Program-made: the position numbers and the translations under genes
Part shown: positions 9,335 through 19,400 of the stretch, in pieces
Numbering within the stretch: the stretch's first letter is position 1
Layout of the letters: each line of letters begins with the position of its first letter
Source of the DNA: a virus
Lineage: Duplodnaviria > Caudoviricetes
Direction: 5' to 3' (one strand)
Length of the DNA: 31,155 bases
Virus record (IMG/VR): IMGVR_UViG_3300044723_009044
Span: 1 to 31,155 of that record
The notes under the pieces: model-generated
What the model was told of the DNA's origin: nothing
The model's database searches: none
What the model saw: only the letters and a program-made list of their open reading frames with translations

Positions 9335-10837
9335 ATGGCAGCGATAATTACAGATAAAATTAAACAGCAATTAGCTCAGACTATTTTTGACGAGTTTAAT
9401 ACAGCTAATATAGGCGATTCTAATAACTATTATTATATTGGAGTGGGTAGATCGCAACAATGGCAGGCGGAGGCTGAAACTGATGTAGTACCTGAGACTA
9501 CAGCAGCCGACAACCACGATAGAGAAGAAAGATTATTTAGATATAATTTACAATCGATCAAAGCTGCAGAGAATCTCTCGTTCGTGGTTCCAGGTGGGCC
9601 CGACTATGATTGGTCAGCCAATAAAGAATATTACCAGTACAGTGATGCCGTATCAGGCCAACCTCAAAATACTTATTATGTAAGAACGGATGAAAACAAA
9701 GTTTATATTTGTTTGCGCAAAGGTAAAAACAGTGACGGCACTCCTAAAACTTCTACAGTAAAACCAGATCATACTAATACAGCTCTTATTCCTGAAACAG
9801 ATGGGTATGTGTGGAAATACATGTATACTATTACGACTGCAGCTGCTAACAATTTTTTAACTACTAATTTTATGCCGGTTGAATTTGTTGATTCTGCTGA
9901 AATTACAGACCCTAGGTTTTCACAATTATCAGTACAGAATGCATCTATTCCAGGCCAGATTATAGGCTATAGAGTAATTACTCCAGGGGGGCCTTATACA
10001 GGTACTGCACATATTTCAGGCCAAAAAGTAGGACCGCAACTAACTATTATAGGTAATGGATCTAACGCTAAAGCATATGCCATCTTAAACCCTATTAATA
10101 ACTCTATTGCAGCAGTTGAAATAGGTGATAGTCCTAACGCAGGTCTTACTAGCTATACAGCAGATCAAGGGTCTAATTATGACTATGCTAATATTTTAGT
10201 AAGTGGTAGTACATTAGAGGTCGGTGGTAGCGCCGCTGTTATTGCTCCAGTGTTTGGAGCAATAAACGGTATAGGAGCTGATGCCCGCAAAGATCTTAGG
10301 TCAACATCTCTTATGTTTAATATTAAGCCTGTTGGTGGGGTTAATGTAAATAACGAACCTACATGGCCGGTTGATCAGGACTATAGACAAATCGGATTAA
10401 TAAGAAATCCTAGAGTAGATAGCGCAGACGGAACGCTATTTACCGCAGAAGCAGGAACAGCTCTTAAGAAAATGAGAGCCAACCTTACTTTCGGCGACGG
10501 TGATTATTTACAAGCATCTGGTGAATATCAATTAGAGTTTGATGACGATCCTATCATTTATGGTACTGACAGCAATGCTGCTGGCTATATGGTATGGAAT
10601 GACGATAGTGCTACTATCTGGTATCATCAAACAGAAGAGACTGGATTCACTCAGTTTGTAGACGGAGAAGCGGTCACTATTCCAGGTAAGTTTGCAGGTA
10701 GTATGACTATCGATTCTGCTAACATTGCTCCAGATATAGATAGATACTCAGGAGATGTTCTTTTTGTCAGTAATCAGTCAGCGACTACCCGTGATCCGCA
10801 ACAGACAGAAGATATTAAAGTTGTAGTAAGACTATAA
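9335..10837 (+). CDS. gp8: Baseplate wedge subunit gp8
   Basis: MAAIITD, YYIGVGR, YYVRTDENKVYICL, DGYVWKYMYTI, DYRQIGLIRNP, YSGDVLFV..QTEDIKVVV are gp8 motifs as seen in cyanophage-like T4 phages. Confidence 0.88.
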   Translation: MAAIITDKIKQQLAQTIFDEFNTANIGDSNNYYYIGVGRSQQWQAEAETDVVPETTAADNHDREERLFRYNLQSIKAAENLSFVVPGGPDYDWSANKEYYQYSDAVSGQPQNTYYVRTDENKVYICLRKGKNSDGTPKTSTVKPDHTNTALIPETDGYVWKYMYTITTAAANNFLTTNFMPVEFVDSAEITDPRFSQLSVQNASIPGQIIGYRVITPGGPYTGTAHISGQKVGPQLTIIGNGSNAKAYAILNPINNSIAAVEIGDSPNAGLTSYTADQGSNYDYANILVSGSTLEVGGSAAVIAPVFGAINGIGADARKDLRSTSLMFNIKPVGGVNVNNEPTWPVDQDYRQIGLIRNPRVDSADGTLFTAEAGTALKKMRANLTFGDGDYLQASGEYQLEFDDDPIIYGTDSNAAGYMVWNDDSATIWYHQTEETGFTQFVDGEAVTIPGKFAGSMTIDSANIAPDIDRYSGDVLFVSNQSATTRDPQQTEDIKVVVRL

Positions 10838-10846
10838 GGATAAATC

Positions 10847-13789
10847 ATGGCAACTACGGTAAACGAAAATACATTTCTTAGCTCTTACAATGATGACTAT
10901 CGTGATAGCGATCACTATCATAGGATTCTTTTTAATAACGGAAGAGCTTTACAGGCAAGAGAATTAACTCAATCTCAAACTATTATTCAAAAAGAAATTG
11001 AGCGTATTGCTAAATTTATTTTTAAGCCGGGTGGGCTTTTTAATACTTCGTATGGAACCGCTAATACCGGTTTTGACCCTATTCCTTATGTTAGAGTAGC
11101 TTCTTTACCGGTAGGATATAATATTTTTGTAGGTAAAACTTTTACAAACCAAGCAGGAGTTAAAGCGCTTGTCAAAGCTGTTATTCCTTCTACGTCTGTT
11201 AATAATACAGTAGGAACTGATGCTTATAACACTCTATTAGTCAAATATACTGATGCCAATTCTACAACTTCCAATAATACTACTTTATCTGTTAAATTTA
11301 ATCCAGCTGATACTCTAACCGCCACAATTGGTAGCGTTACTTATGAATTAGACGTATCCGTCGACGAGCAAGTGATTAACTCTACTGGATACGGATCATA
11401 TATAGAAATTCCAGATTTTAATACATATGCGGCAGGTCATCTTCTATTTGTAGAAAAACAGCAACTAGTTCTAGATAAATTTAGTCCATCCTTTAGCGGT
11501 GTTATAGGATTCGAATTAAATGAAGAAATTTTTAATACTTCTGATAACGTAGCTTTATATGATAATTCTGGATCTACTCCTAATCTTACTTCTCCTGGAG
11601 CGGATAGATTAAAAATTACTCTGACATTAAAAAAGAAAGATGATAAAACTGCTGGTAAAACTTTTTATCCTTTGATGAAATTTAATGAGGGATATGTTAC
11701 CAACTTAAATAATCCAGATAATATACTTGCTAGTTTAGGAGGCATTATCTACAATAGAGCTTTCGATACTAATGGCAATTTTGTAGTAGAGGAACAGAAC
11801 GGTAATCTAGAGTTAACTATTACAACAAAACATGATAGCACGGATTACCTTTTATATCAACTATCTAATGGGATAGCTTTTGTAAATGGTAGCAGATACG
11901 AAAATCAAGATATAGCTCCTTTGAAGGTAATTAAGCCTAGGAATTTGGTAAATGATGTCACTACTTTATCTAATGAATTTATTTCCGCAAGATATGGTAA
12001 CTATTTTTTAACCGACGGCACTAATACCAAAGGTCTTTTAGATGTTATTAATAATTTTGATTCTGTGGGTATCTATAGCGCTATAGCTACAGGTGGAAGT
12101 GCAATTGGAAAAGCCCGTATTAGAAATATAGATAATTTTAATAATCAATTTAGACTTCATGTTTTTGATGTTGAAATGTATGACAACAACTCTTTAGGTG
12201 ATGCTAGGAGTGTAGGTAAGAGCTCGAATAGTTATGGCGACCTAGTAGCTATTGATAATAATTATAACATAGTTGATAAATCAGAAAATGATTTATTATT
12301 TAAAATCGCAGATGGAGCTGGTAGAGTAAACAATGTTACAGATGGTACTGTAACATTTAATATCGGTAAAGTTTATACTGCTACTGCTACAGGAAATAGT
12401 GCTACGTTTTCAACAGGCGGAAATACATTTACTGATCAAGAGCAATGGATTGTAGAAGAAGTAGCAAATAGTAATAATCTTATTTCTTCTCCATCTGTTA
12501 GTGGTACTCCGAACAGTTCAGCTACTATTACTGGCCTAACAGACGGAGCTGTTAGATTATTTGGCTATGAAAGAAAAACTGGAATACGAAAAACTAAAAC
12601 ACTAATTTCTAATCAAACTCAAACCATATCTTTTTCTGGCACAGGCTTTCAGCTTTTATTCCATGATATCTACAAATTTAAAAGCGTAATTGACAGTACT
12701 ACAAATGAAGATATTACTCAAAGATTTATTTTTAATAATGGGCAAAGAGACAACTTTTATGCAGTAGGTTCAGGCAAGCTTAAAGCCGGTGCTATTGCTC
12801 CTACAGGTAATATTGTTGTGACCTTTGATTATTTTACTCATTCAGCAGGAGACTTTTTTGCAGGAAGTGCGTCATATCCAGATTTAGAATATGATAAAAT
12901 TCCTTTATATAACACTACTAATGGAAGACAAATTAGATTAACTGATGTAATAGATTTTAGATCTGTAAAAGATAAAACTAGTCAAAATTTTACTGGCTCT
13001 GGATCTAATATTCAATATATTCCTAGAAATACTGACACAATAGACATTGGTGAACTAAGTGTATGGGAATCAAGAATTGATATTGTTTCAATTAATGCAA
13101 ATGGCAATATAGAAGTTCATTCTGGGGTAACTAGTCCAAATCCGGCAGATCCGGAAGACATTCCATCTTCGTCAATGAAACTACATTATATTGAATTAAA
13201 TCCTTATCATCTCCATGAAAGAGATCATATACAAACTAAGTATGATAATCGTGGATATAAAATGTCTGATATCCGTAGAATGGAAAGAAGAGTAGAAAAC
13301 TTAGAAGAACTAACTACTCTATCACTTGCTGAAATTGAACTAGAACGTACTGTTATACCCGACCGAGTAAAACAAGGTATGACTGGAGATACGTTTACTA
13401 GTAATATCCAGTCATTAGTTTCTGATAAAGATTATAAAGCCACTATACGCAAAGAAGACGGTGTATTAGCTCCCATGAGATATTGGAGGGATATAGGTCT
13501 TAAATATGACTCTGATGCTTCGTTTGGAGTTAAGCTTCATGGAAGTACAGTCTGGCCTGTTTTTACAGAAGAAGTTATGGTCGATCAAACACAAGCTACT
13601 GAATATCAAAGTGTAAATAGGTTTGAATTAATTAAATTTATTGGTTCAGGTTTTGTTGAACCTGCAGTAGATACATACGAATTAAGACGAGAAGTTGATG
13701 TTAGTTATACATCAGAGTTTAACGAGTCGCTAACTACTCAGGGTGATACGGTAATGCTCTCTCAAGGTAATCAGAACGAGGATGCGTAA
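10847..13789 (+). CDS. VrlC/DUF4815-like virion structural protein, N-terminal part
   Basis: YNDDY..YHRILFNNGRALQARELTQSQTIIQ, PGADRLKITLTL, FNNGQRDNFY, DVIDFR, RGYKMSDIRRMERRVENLE match the large conserved baseplate-associated protein following gp8 in marine T4-like phages. Confidence 0.78.
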   Translation: MATTVNENTFLSSYNDDYRDSDHYHRILFNNGRALQARELTQSQTIIQKEIERIAKFIFKPGGLFNTSYGTANTGFDPIPYVRVASLPVGYNIFVGKTFTNQAGVKALVKAVIPSTSVNNTVGTDAYNTLLVKYTDANSTTSNNTTLSVKFNPADTLTATIGSVTYELDVSVDEQVINSTGYGSYIEIPDFNTYAAGHLLFVEKQQLVLDKFSPSFSGVIGFELNEEIFNTSDNVALYDNSGSTPNLTSPGADRLKITLTLKKKDDKTAGKTFYPLMKFNEGYVTNLNNPDNILASLGGIIYNRAFDTNGNFVVEEQNGNLELTITTKHDSTDYLLYQLSNGIAFVNGSRYENQDIAPLKVIKPRNLVNDVTTLSNEFISARYGNYFLTDGTNTKGLLDVINNFDSVGIYSAIATGGSAIGKARIRNIDNFNNQFRLHVFDVEMYDNNSLGDARSVGKSSNSYGDLVAIDNNYNIVDKSENDLLFKIADGAGRVNNVTDGTVTFNIGKVYTATATGNSATFSTGGNTFTDQEQWIVEEVANSNNLISSPSVSGTPNSSATITGLTDGAVRLFGYERKTGIRKTKTLISNQTQTISFSGTGFQLLFHDIYKFKSVIDSTTNEDITQRFIFNNGQRDNFYAVGSGKLKAGAIAPTGNIVVTFDYFTHSAGDFFAGSASYPDLEYDKIPLYNTTNGRQIRLTDVIDFRSVKDKTSQNFTGSGSNIQYIPRNTDTIDIGELSVWESRIDIVSINANGNIEVHSGVTSPNPADPEDIPSSSMKLHYIELNPYHLHERDHIQTKYDNRGYKMSDIRRMERRVENLEELTTLSLAEIELERTVIPDRVKQGMTGDTFTSNIQSLVSDKDYKATIRKEDGVLAPMRYWRDIGLKYDSDASFGVKLHGSTVWPVFTEEVMVDQTQATEYQSVNRFELIKFIGSGFVEPAVDTYELRREVDVSYTSEFNESLTTQGDTVMLSQGNQNEDA

Positions 13790-14526
13790 TGGGTTGGGTA
13801 ACTAAAACAAAGACAGTTCAGGTAACAAGGACAAGAGAAGTAGATCATGGATATGATTATAATCCTTCATTTAGGTCCCGCTTTATTTATTTTAAATTTT
13901 CCGGGCTAAGACCGAATGATAGCCATTGGGTTTTTCTCCAAGGAAGGGACGTTACCACATTTATTAATACTAGTTTTAGTATTGACGACTTTAATGCGTC
14001 ATCTAGAAGTTCTGTCTATAGAAATCCTGGAGACTTGTATTTAGAAGAAACTCAATTTCCGGCTGATCTAGGTGGGCCTACCGGAGATTATCTTACTAGC
14101 ACTGCACAAGGTGAGTTAGAGGGTATATTCTTTTTACAAAGTAATGAAACGTATAGTTGGAACTCAGGTACTGGATCTTCAGATTATAGTTTTAATAATG
14201 GTGAGAATAGTTTGCCATTTTTAGTTATTAATGTTTCAGATGCCAATAAGGAAAATGCTTTGTCTTATGCCACAGCAGAATATTCTTCTATAGGCCAATA
14301 TATTAACTATACCATGGAGTCATATACTGTTCCTGTAAAAATACAATATAAAGAATGGAGAGCTGACCCGCCTAGAGATAACGGTAGGGATGACCATAAT
14401 CCCCCTAATCACGGCCACACGAGATCAAGCTATGCGCCGACCACATCACCAAGACCGACTGCGGCGCCGCGGGCGAGAAGCGGCCATTCAGCAAAAGGTG
14501 GCTATGGCCGCGGACCCCACGGATAG
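13789..14526 (+). CDS. VrlC/DUF4815-like protein, middle part; low-complexity basic C-terminus
   Basis: FRSRFIYFKFSGLRPND..FLQGRDVT..LTSTAQGELEGIFF resembles the internal RSRxIxFxxxGLxPxT segment of full-length homologues; TAATG-coupled to the upstream gene. Confidence 0.6.
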   Translation: MGWVTKTKTVQVTRTREVDHGYDYNPSFRSRFIYFKFSGLRPNDSHWVFLQGRDVTTFINTSFSIDDFNASSRSSVYRNPGDLYLEETQFPADLGGPTGDYLTSTAQGELEGIFFLQSNETYSWNSGTGSSDYSFNNGENSLPFLVINVSDANKENALSYATAEYSSIGQYINYTMESYTVPVKIQYKEWRADPPRDNGRDDHNPPNHGHTRSSYAPTTSPRPTAAPRARSGHSAKGGYGRGPHG

Positions 14527-14537
14527 GATAAAATAAG

Positions 14538-16190
14538 ATGTCAGGCATACTACAATTAAGTGAACAGTTAAACCCTTCAGCTCAGACATTCGTGGTTGAT
14601 GAACCTATCGGCTCTGTTCTTACTGGAATCGGACTTTTCTTTGCAAAGGCGCCGGAAGGAGCTTCTTCACAACCTATATCTATCGAACTAAGACCTTGCG
14701 CTGAAAGCGGTGCGCCAAGCGCTAAGAAGTTTATTCAAGGTACAAAGGTGACAGTTCCTGCTTCTACAATTGCAGCGAGCGCCAATACGGTATTTCAAAG
14801 TGCAATAGAAGTAAGGTTTAGCTTCCGCGAACCAGTTTATGTACCAGGTAATACTTTACTAGCTTTAGTAGTTAGTACAGGTGCTGCAGCTGAAGAGTAT
14901 CAAATTTGGGTTGGAAAAAATGGCAATCGTCTTACTAACTCTACTACAGAGTTTTTCTCTTCTGTTATAGAAAAAGGCGCTTTTTATGAATCCTCAAATG
15001 GCACAGCTTGGGAACCTGATAATGAAAAAGATTTAGCCTTTAAAGTATATAGAGCCAAATTTCAATATGCTAATGCCTTTGCTGTTTTTAATGCTGACGT
15101 TCCTCCTCCAAAAAGATTGACCGAACAAACATTCATAGACGACAATACAAAATATCCATCAGATCCTTTTTTATTTACTGCAGGTAGTTCTACAGTTAAT
15201 GTTGTACATGCAGCGCATGGTTTTCAAGTAGGTGATAGGGTAACATTATCTAAAGGCTCAAATGGATTCGACAGCGCTGATACTATTAATGGGATAGCGG
15301 GAAGCAGCCTTTATGGTGTACATACATTAACAGCCACAGATCCATATGGGTATTCATTTAATTGTGGGACTAGTGCTACAGCTTCTGTTAGAGGCGGTGG
15401 TGCAGGAGTAATCGCAACAGAGCAATATGTAATAGATGAATTCCAAGCTATTTTGCCGGCTGCTACCCCTCCACTTACTAATATGTCAGTACTAGGTGAT
15501 TTTCTTACTTCTAAATCTTTTGGAGGGAATGAAACGCCATACGCTAAAATTGCTGATGTGAGGATTGATAGAAATGAAGTACAAGTTTTTAAAAATCCAG
15601 CTGTTTTAGCAGCAACAACCTCTGAAGCGGATCATAACTCTGGAAATGCTTCTCTTAAACTTACTACAGTTTTTGAATTGCAGCATCTATATACAGCTCC
15701 TTATATTAACGAACATGCAGCATCTATTCGTAGTGCTAGTAATTTTATTGACTATCAGGATTCGTCAAGTACTATAAACAGAAATCTTATTTCTACTGTC
15801 CCATTTATTTTAGAGACTGAGCCAAATAGTGGAACTACAGCAGCTAAACATCTTACTATTGTATACAATTTAGAATTACCTGCAACTTCTATAAGGACTA
15901 TTGTAGATGCAATAAGACCTCAATTTACAGACTTTTCTGTTTGGTATAGAACAAATTCAGATGATAGTTTAATTGAAGATAATAATTGGGTTGAATTTAG
16001 CAAATTAAAAAATCCGCCGGATACTTCTAATTATTCAGATTTGCCTCAAGATTTTGAAATAAGAACTTACGAATTTAACAAATACGATTTACCGCAATTC
16101 AATAAATATCAAATAAAAATTACTATGAATTCTACAAAATCTAGTAATACCCCATTGTTCCAAAATCTAAGAACAATTGCAACCATATAA
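14538..16190 (+). CDS. VrlC/DUF4815-like protein, C-terminal part
   Basis: NPSAQTFVV (DPLAQTF-like), LTGIGLFF, FYESSNGTAW..DLAFKVYRAKF, AKHLT and FNKYQIKI..LRTIA correspond to the C-terminal half of that family. Confidence 0.72.
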   Translation: MSGILQLSEQLNPSAQTFVVDEPIGSVLTGIGLFFAKAPEGASSQPISIELRPCAESGAPSAKKFIQGTKVTVPASTIAASANTVFQSAIEVRFSFREPVYVPGNTLLALVVSTGAAAEEYQIWVGKNGNRLTNSTTEFFSSVIEKGAFYESSNGTAWEPDNEKDLAFKVYRAKFQYANAFAVFNADVPPPKRLTEQTFIDDNTKYPSDPFLFTAGSSTVNVVHAAHGFQVGDRVTLSKGSNGFDSADTINGIAGSSLYGVHTLTATDPYGYSFNCGTSATASVRGGGAGVIATEQYVIDEFQAILPAATPPLTNMSVLGDFLTSKSFGGNETPYAKIADVRIDRNEVQVFKNPAVLAATTSEADHNSGNASLKLTTVFELQHLYTAPYINEHAASIRSASNFIDYQDSSSTINRNLISTVPFILETEPNSGTTAAKHLTIVYNLELPATSIRTIVDAIRPQFTDFSVWYRTNSDDSLIEDNNWVEFSKLKNPPDTSNYSDLPQDFEIRTYEFNKYDLPQFNKYQIKITMNSTKSSNTPLFQNLRTIATI

Positions 16191-16405
16191 TGAGTAGCTA
16201 TATTTCTGTAGAAGGTTATCCGGATCTTGCAAGAGATAAAAGCACTGGAATGATTTTGAATATAAATAAAGACAACACTGATGCGTTTATCAAAAAGAGG
16301 GATCGCGAATTACAACAACGTGAAGAAATAGAAGCTCTTAAATCAGACGTTCAGGATATAAAGATGATGCTACAAAAATTAATAGAAAGTTTTGCAAATG
16401 CCTAA
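16190..16405 (+). CDS. Small conserved coiled-coil protein of T4-like marine phages
   Basis: YISVEGYPDLARDKSTGMILN..EIEALKSDVQDIKMMLQKL; this small gene typically follows the VrlC-like gene. Confidence 0.72.
   Translation: MSSYISVEGYPDLARDKSTGMILNINKDNTDAFIKKRDRELQQREEIEALKSDVQDIKMMLQKLIESFANA
16261..16268 (+). promoter_or_regulatory. T4-type late promoter inside the small ORF, upstream of the tail fibre gene
   Basis: Exact TATAAATA about 130 nt upstream of the fibre ATG. Confidence 0.6.
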
Positions 16406-19400
16406 TGCCAAAATAGGAAAAGTCAATTTATCAGATACGATTAATACGCAGCGTCTGAGATTTAATCAGCTTATTGACTCTGTAGGAAGCGTAAGTCTTT
16501 CATCTGTTAATCAGACTGCAGGAAGAAACACTTTTACGGGTAGCTATCCTACTGTAGGCGAAGCTCTTAAAGAGCATGAGGCAAGGTTAGACTCTGCCGA
16601 TATTATTGAGGTAAGAACACCTAGAATCATAGCTTTTGATGATACTTATGATAATACATTAGCTGGTGATGTCTACATGCAAAGCGATGTAGACATCAGC
16701 GGAAACTTACAACTTGATGGTAATTTGCAAGTAGATGGCACTCTTACTGTCGATGGCGTAGTTACTATGAAAGCTGGTTCTTCCGGAAGTGTTACACTTG
16801 GTGATGATAATACAGACAACGTTGTTTTCGAAGCTGATGTAAATTCAAGTATTATTCCTAATACGGACGATGCCTTTGATATAGGTAGTAGCTTGCAAGA
16901 ATGGCGTCATTTATATGTCGATGGTACTGGGTATATCGATGAAATTTCTGCCGATAGCGCTACTATTGGTACTATGAAAGTTACCGATTTAACTGATAAT
17001 AGAATTGTAATTGCCGGCACTTCAGGGGAGTTAGAAGATGATGCTAACTTTACTTGGGATGGTGATATCTTTAACGTTGAAGGAATCACTACTTTAGATT
17101 CTACAACTGTAGATGGTCCATTAGAAGTAACTGGTAATACAGATTTAGATGGAACTCTTACTGTTGATGGTTTAACAAATATGAACAGTAATCTAGTCTT
17201 AGATACTAATGATATTAACGATGTTACTAATGTTTATTTAAAAGATGCAATTATTCATTCAGGTGATGATGATACAAAAATTAATTTTGGCGATAATACA
17301 ATAGATTTAGAAACTGCTGGAGTAGCTAGAATAGCTATTACCGATACCAATGTTACTATTTCAGAAGATCTTACCGTAGAAGATAGCGCTTATATTACAG
17401 GAAACTTAGCTATAGGCGGTAATGTACAGATTGATGGTACGCTAACCGTTGATGGTGTAGTCAACATGAAAGCTGGGTCATCAGGTACAGTTACACTTGG
17501 AGATGACGATACAGACAATGTAGTATTTGATGCTGATATTAATTCTAATATTATTCCCAATACTACCAATGAATTTGATTTAGGTAGTTCAACTAAAGAG
17601 TGGAAACACGGCTACTTTGATGGAACAGTTCATGCTGATAACTTAGCAGCAGACTCTGCTACAATCACAGGTAATCTTGATGTTCAAGGCATTACCACTT
17701 TAGATTCGGCGACGGTAGATGGTACATTAGATGTTACGTCTAATTTAAATGTAGATAGCAATCTTAATGTAAATGGGATTACCACTCTAGATTCTACAAC
17801 AGTAGATGGGACATTGCATATTACAGGCGCCGTAACATCAGATGGTACTGCGTTTGCGATTGCTGCCGGTACCGGCACCGATGATCCTGTTACATTAGGT
17901 GATACTATAAACTTTCAAGGTGGTCAAAGTATTACAACAACAGTATCTAATAATAATATTAAGATTGACGGCGACTTTGCCACTACGACTAGTAAAGGTG
18001 TAGCACAATTTAGTTCTGATAACTTCTCGGTTACTAGCGGTGTAGTAACAATCAAAGACAATGGTGTTGCTCTTGGAACCGAGACTACCGGTAACTATAT
18101 GTCAGGTATCTCCGGCACAGCCAATGAGATTACTGTTTCTCATACGCCGGGAGAAGGATCTTCCGCTACTATCAGTTTACCAGATGATGTTACTATTGGA
18201 CGAGATTTAGGAGTAACCAGAAATCTCGCAGTAACTGGTACATTTAGTGTTTCAGGTACAACCACATTTGCTGGTGATACAAGATACGCAGCGGCTTATC
18301 TAATAGTTAATGACGAAGTAAGTGTAGTAAATACAAACCGAGCTGGTATAAAGGTAGACAGACCTTCTACTACAGATGCTGTATTGCAATGGAATGAACT
18401 TGGAGATTATTGGGAAGCAGGTACTGTAGACGGACAGCTGAGGCTAGCGCTTCAGCATGACAGCGCTGCATTCTCTAACATATATCAAACAGGTACAGGT
18501 GCTACTAGAATACCTGCAGGTACTACAAATCAAAGACCTACTGCAGCACAAGGTCAAATTAGATATAACACTTCTAATAATAGCTTTGAAGGGTATTCAG
18601 GGACTTCTTGGGGGTCTCTAGGCGGTCTGATTGACCAAGACCAAGATACTTATATTATTTCAGAAATATCTAGTGGTGCAGACTCAGACACTTTGCAATT
18701 TTACGCAAGTGGGATAAAAACCGCAACTGCAAATAGTACTAATTTAACTGCACTTAAAGATTTCTATGTTGAAGGTTTTTCTTATTTAGACAGCGCTATC
18801 GTCGACGGCGATTTAGAAGTATCCGGAAATTTGACTGTATCCGGTACTGCTACTTATGTTAATACTGAAACCATAGAACTAGCTGATAACTTTATTCTTT
18901 TAAATTCAAATGCTACAGGTGTACCAGCAAATAGTGCTAATGTGGGTATTGAAATTAATAGAGGTACTAGTACTAATACACAGCTTAGATGGAATGAACT
19001 TGGAGATTATTGGACTGTCGGCGAAGGTAATGATCCGTCATATAGTAGAATTGCTACTTCTGGTTGGTTAAATGCAGGTGGAGGATTATCATATGATGCC
19101 TCTACAGGTGAATTCGCGCATAGCGATACTTCAGCGCAGTTATCTGTAAGTAAGTCCGGAAATACTTTTATTCAAGACATTACGTTAGATGATTACGGGC
19201 ACATTACTAATATAGGTACCAACTCAGTTACTATTGGAAACGCGACTATTACGCTAGCAGCTGGCAGTGACCTTCACTTTGATGAAACAGATAGGACATT
19301 TACAACTAATCAGAGTACTAATCAAACATTAACTATCGACCATGATAATATAACAAGAACTAATTCAACTAATACAGGTACTCCTGCATTTGGAGATACG

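Noticed and set aside
16392-16397. TTG start for the tail fibre
   Set aside because: An in-frame ATG two codons later (16398) overlaps the upstream gene end in the usual coupled manner.
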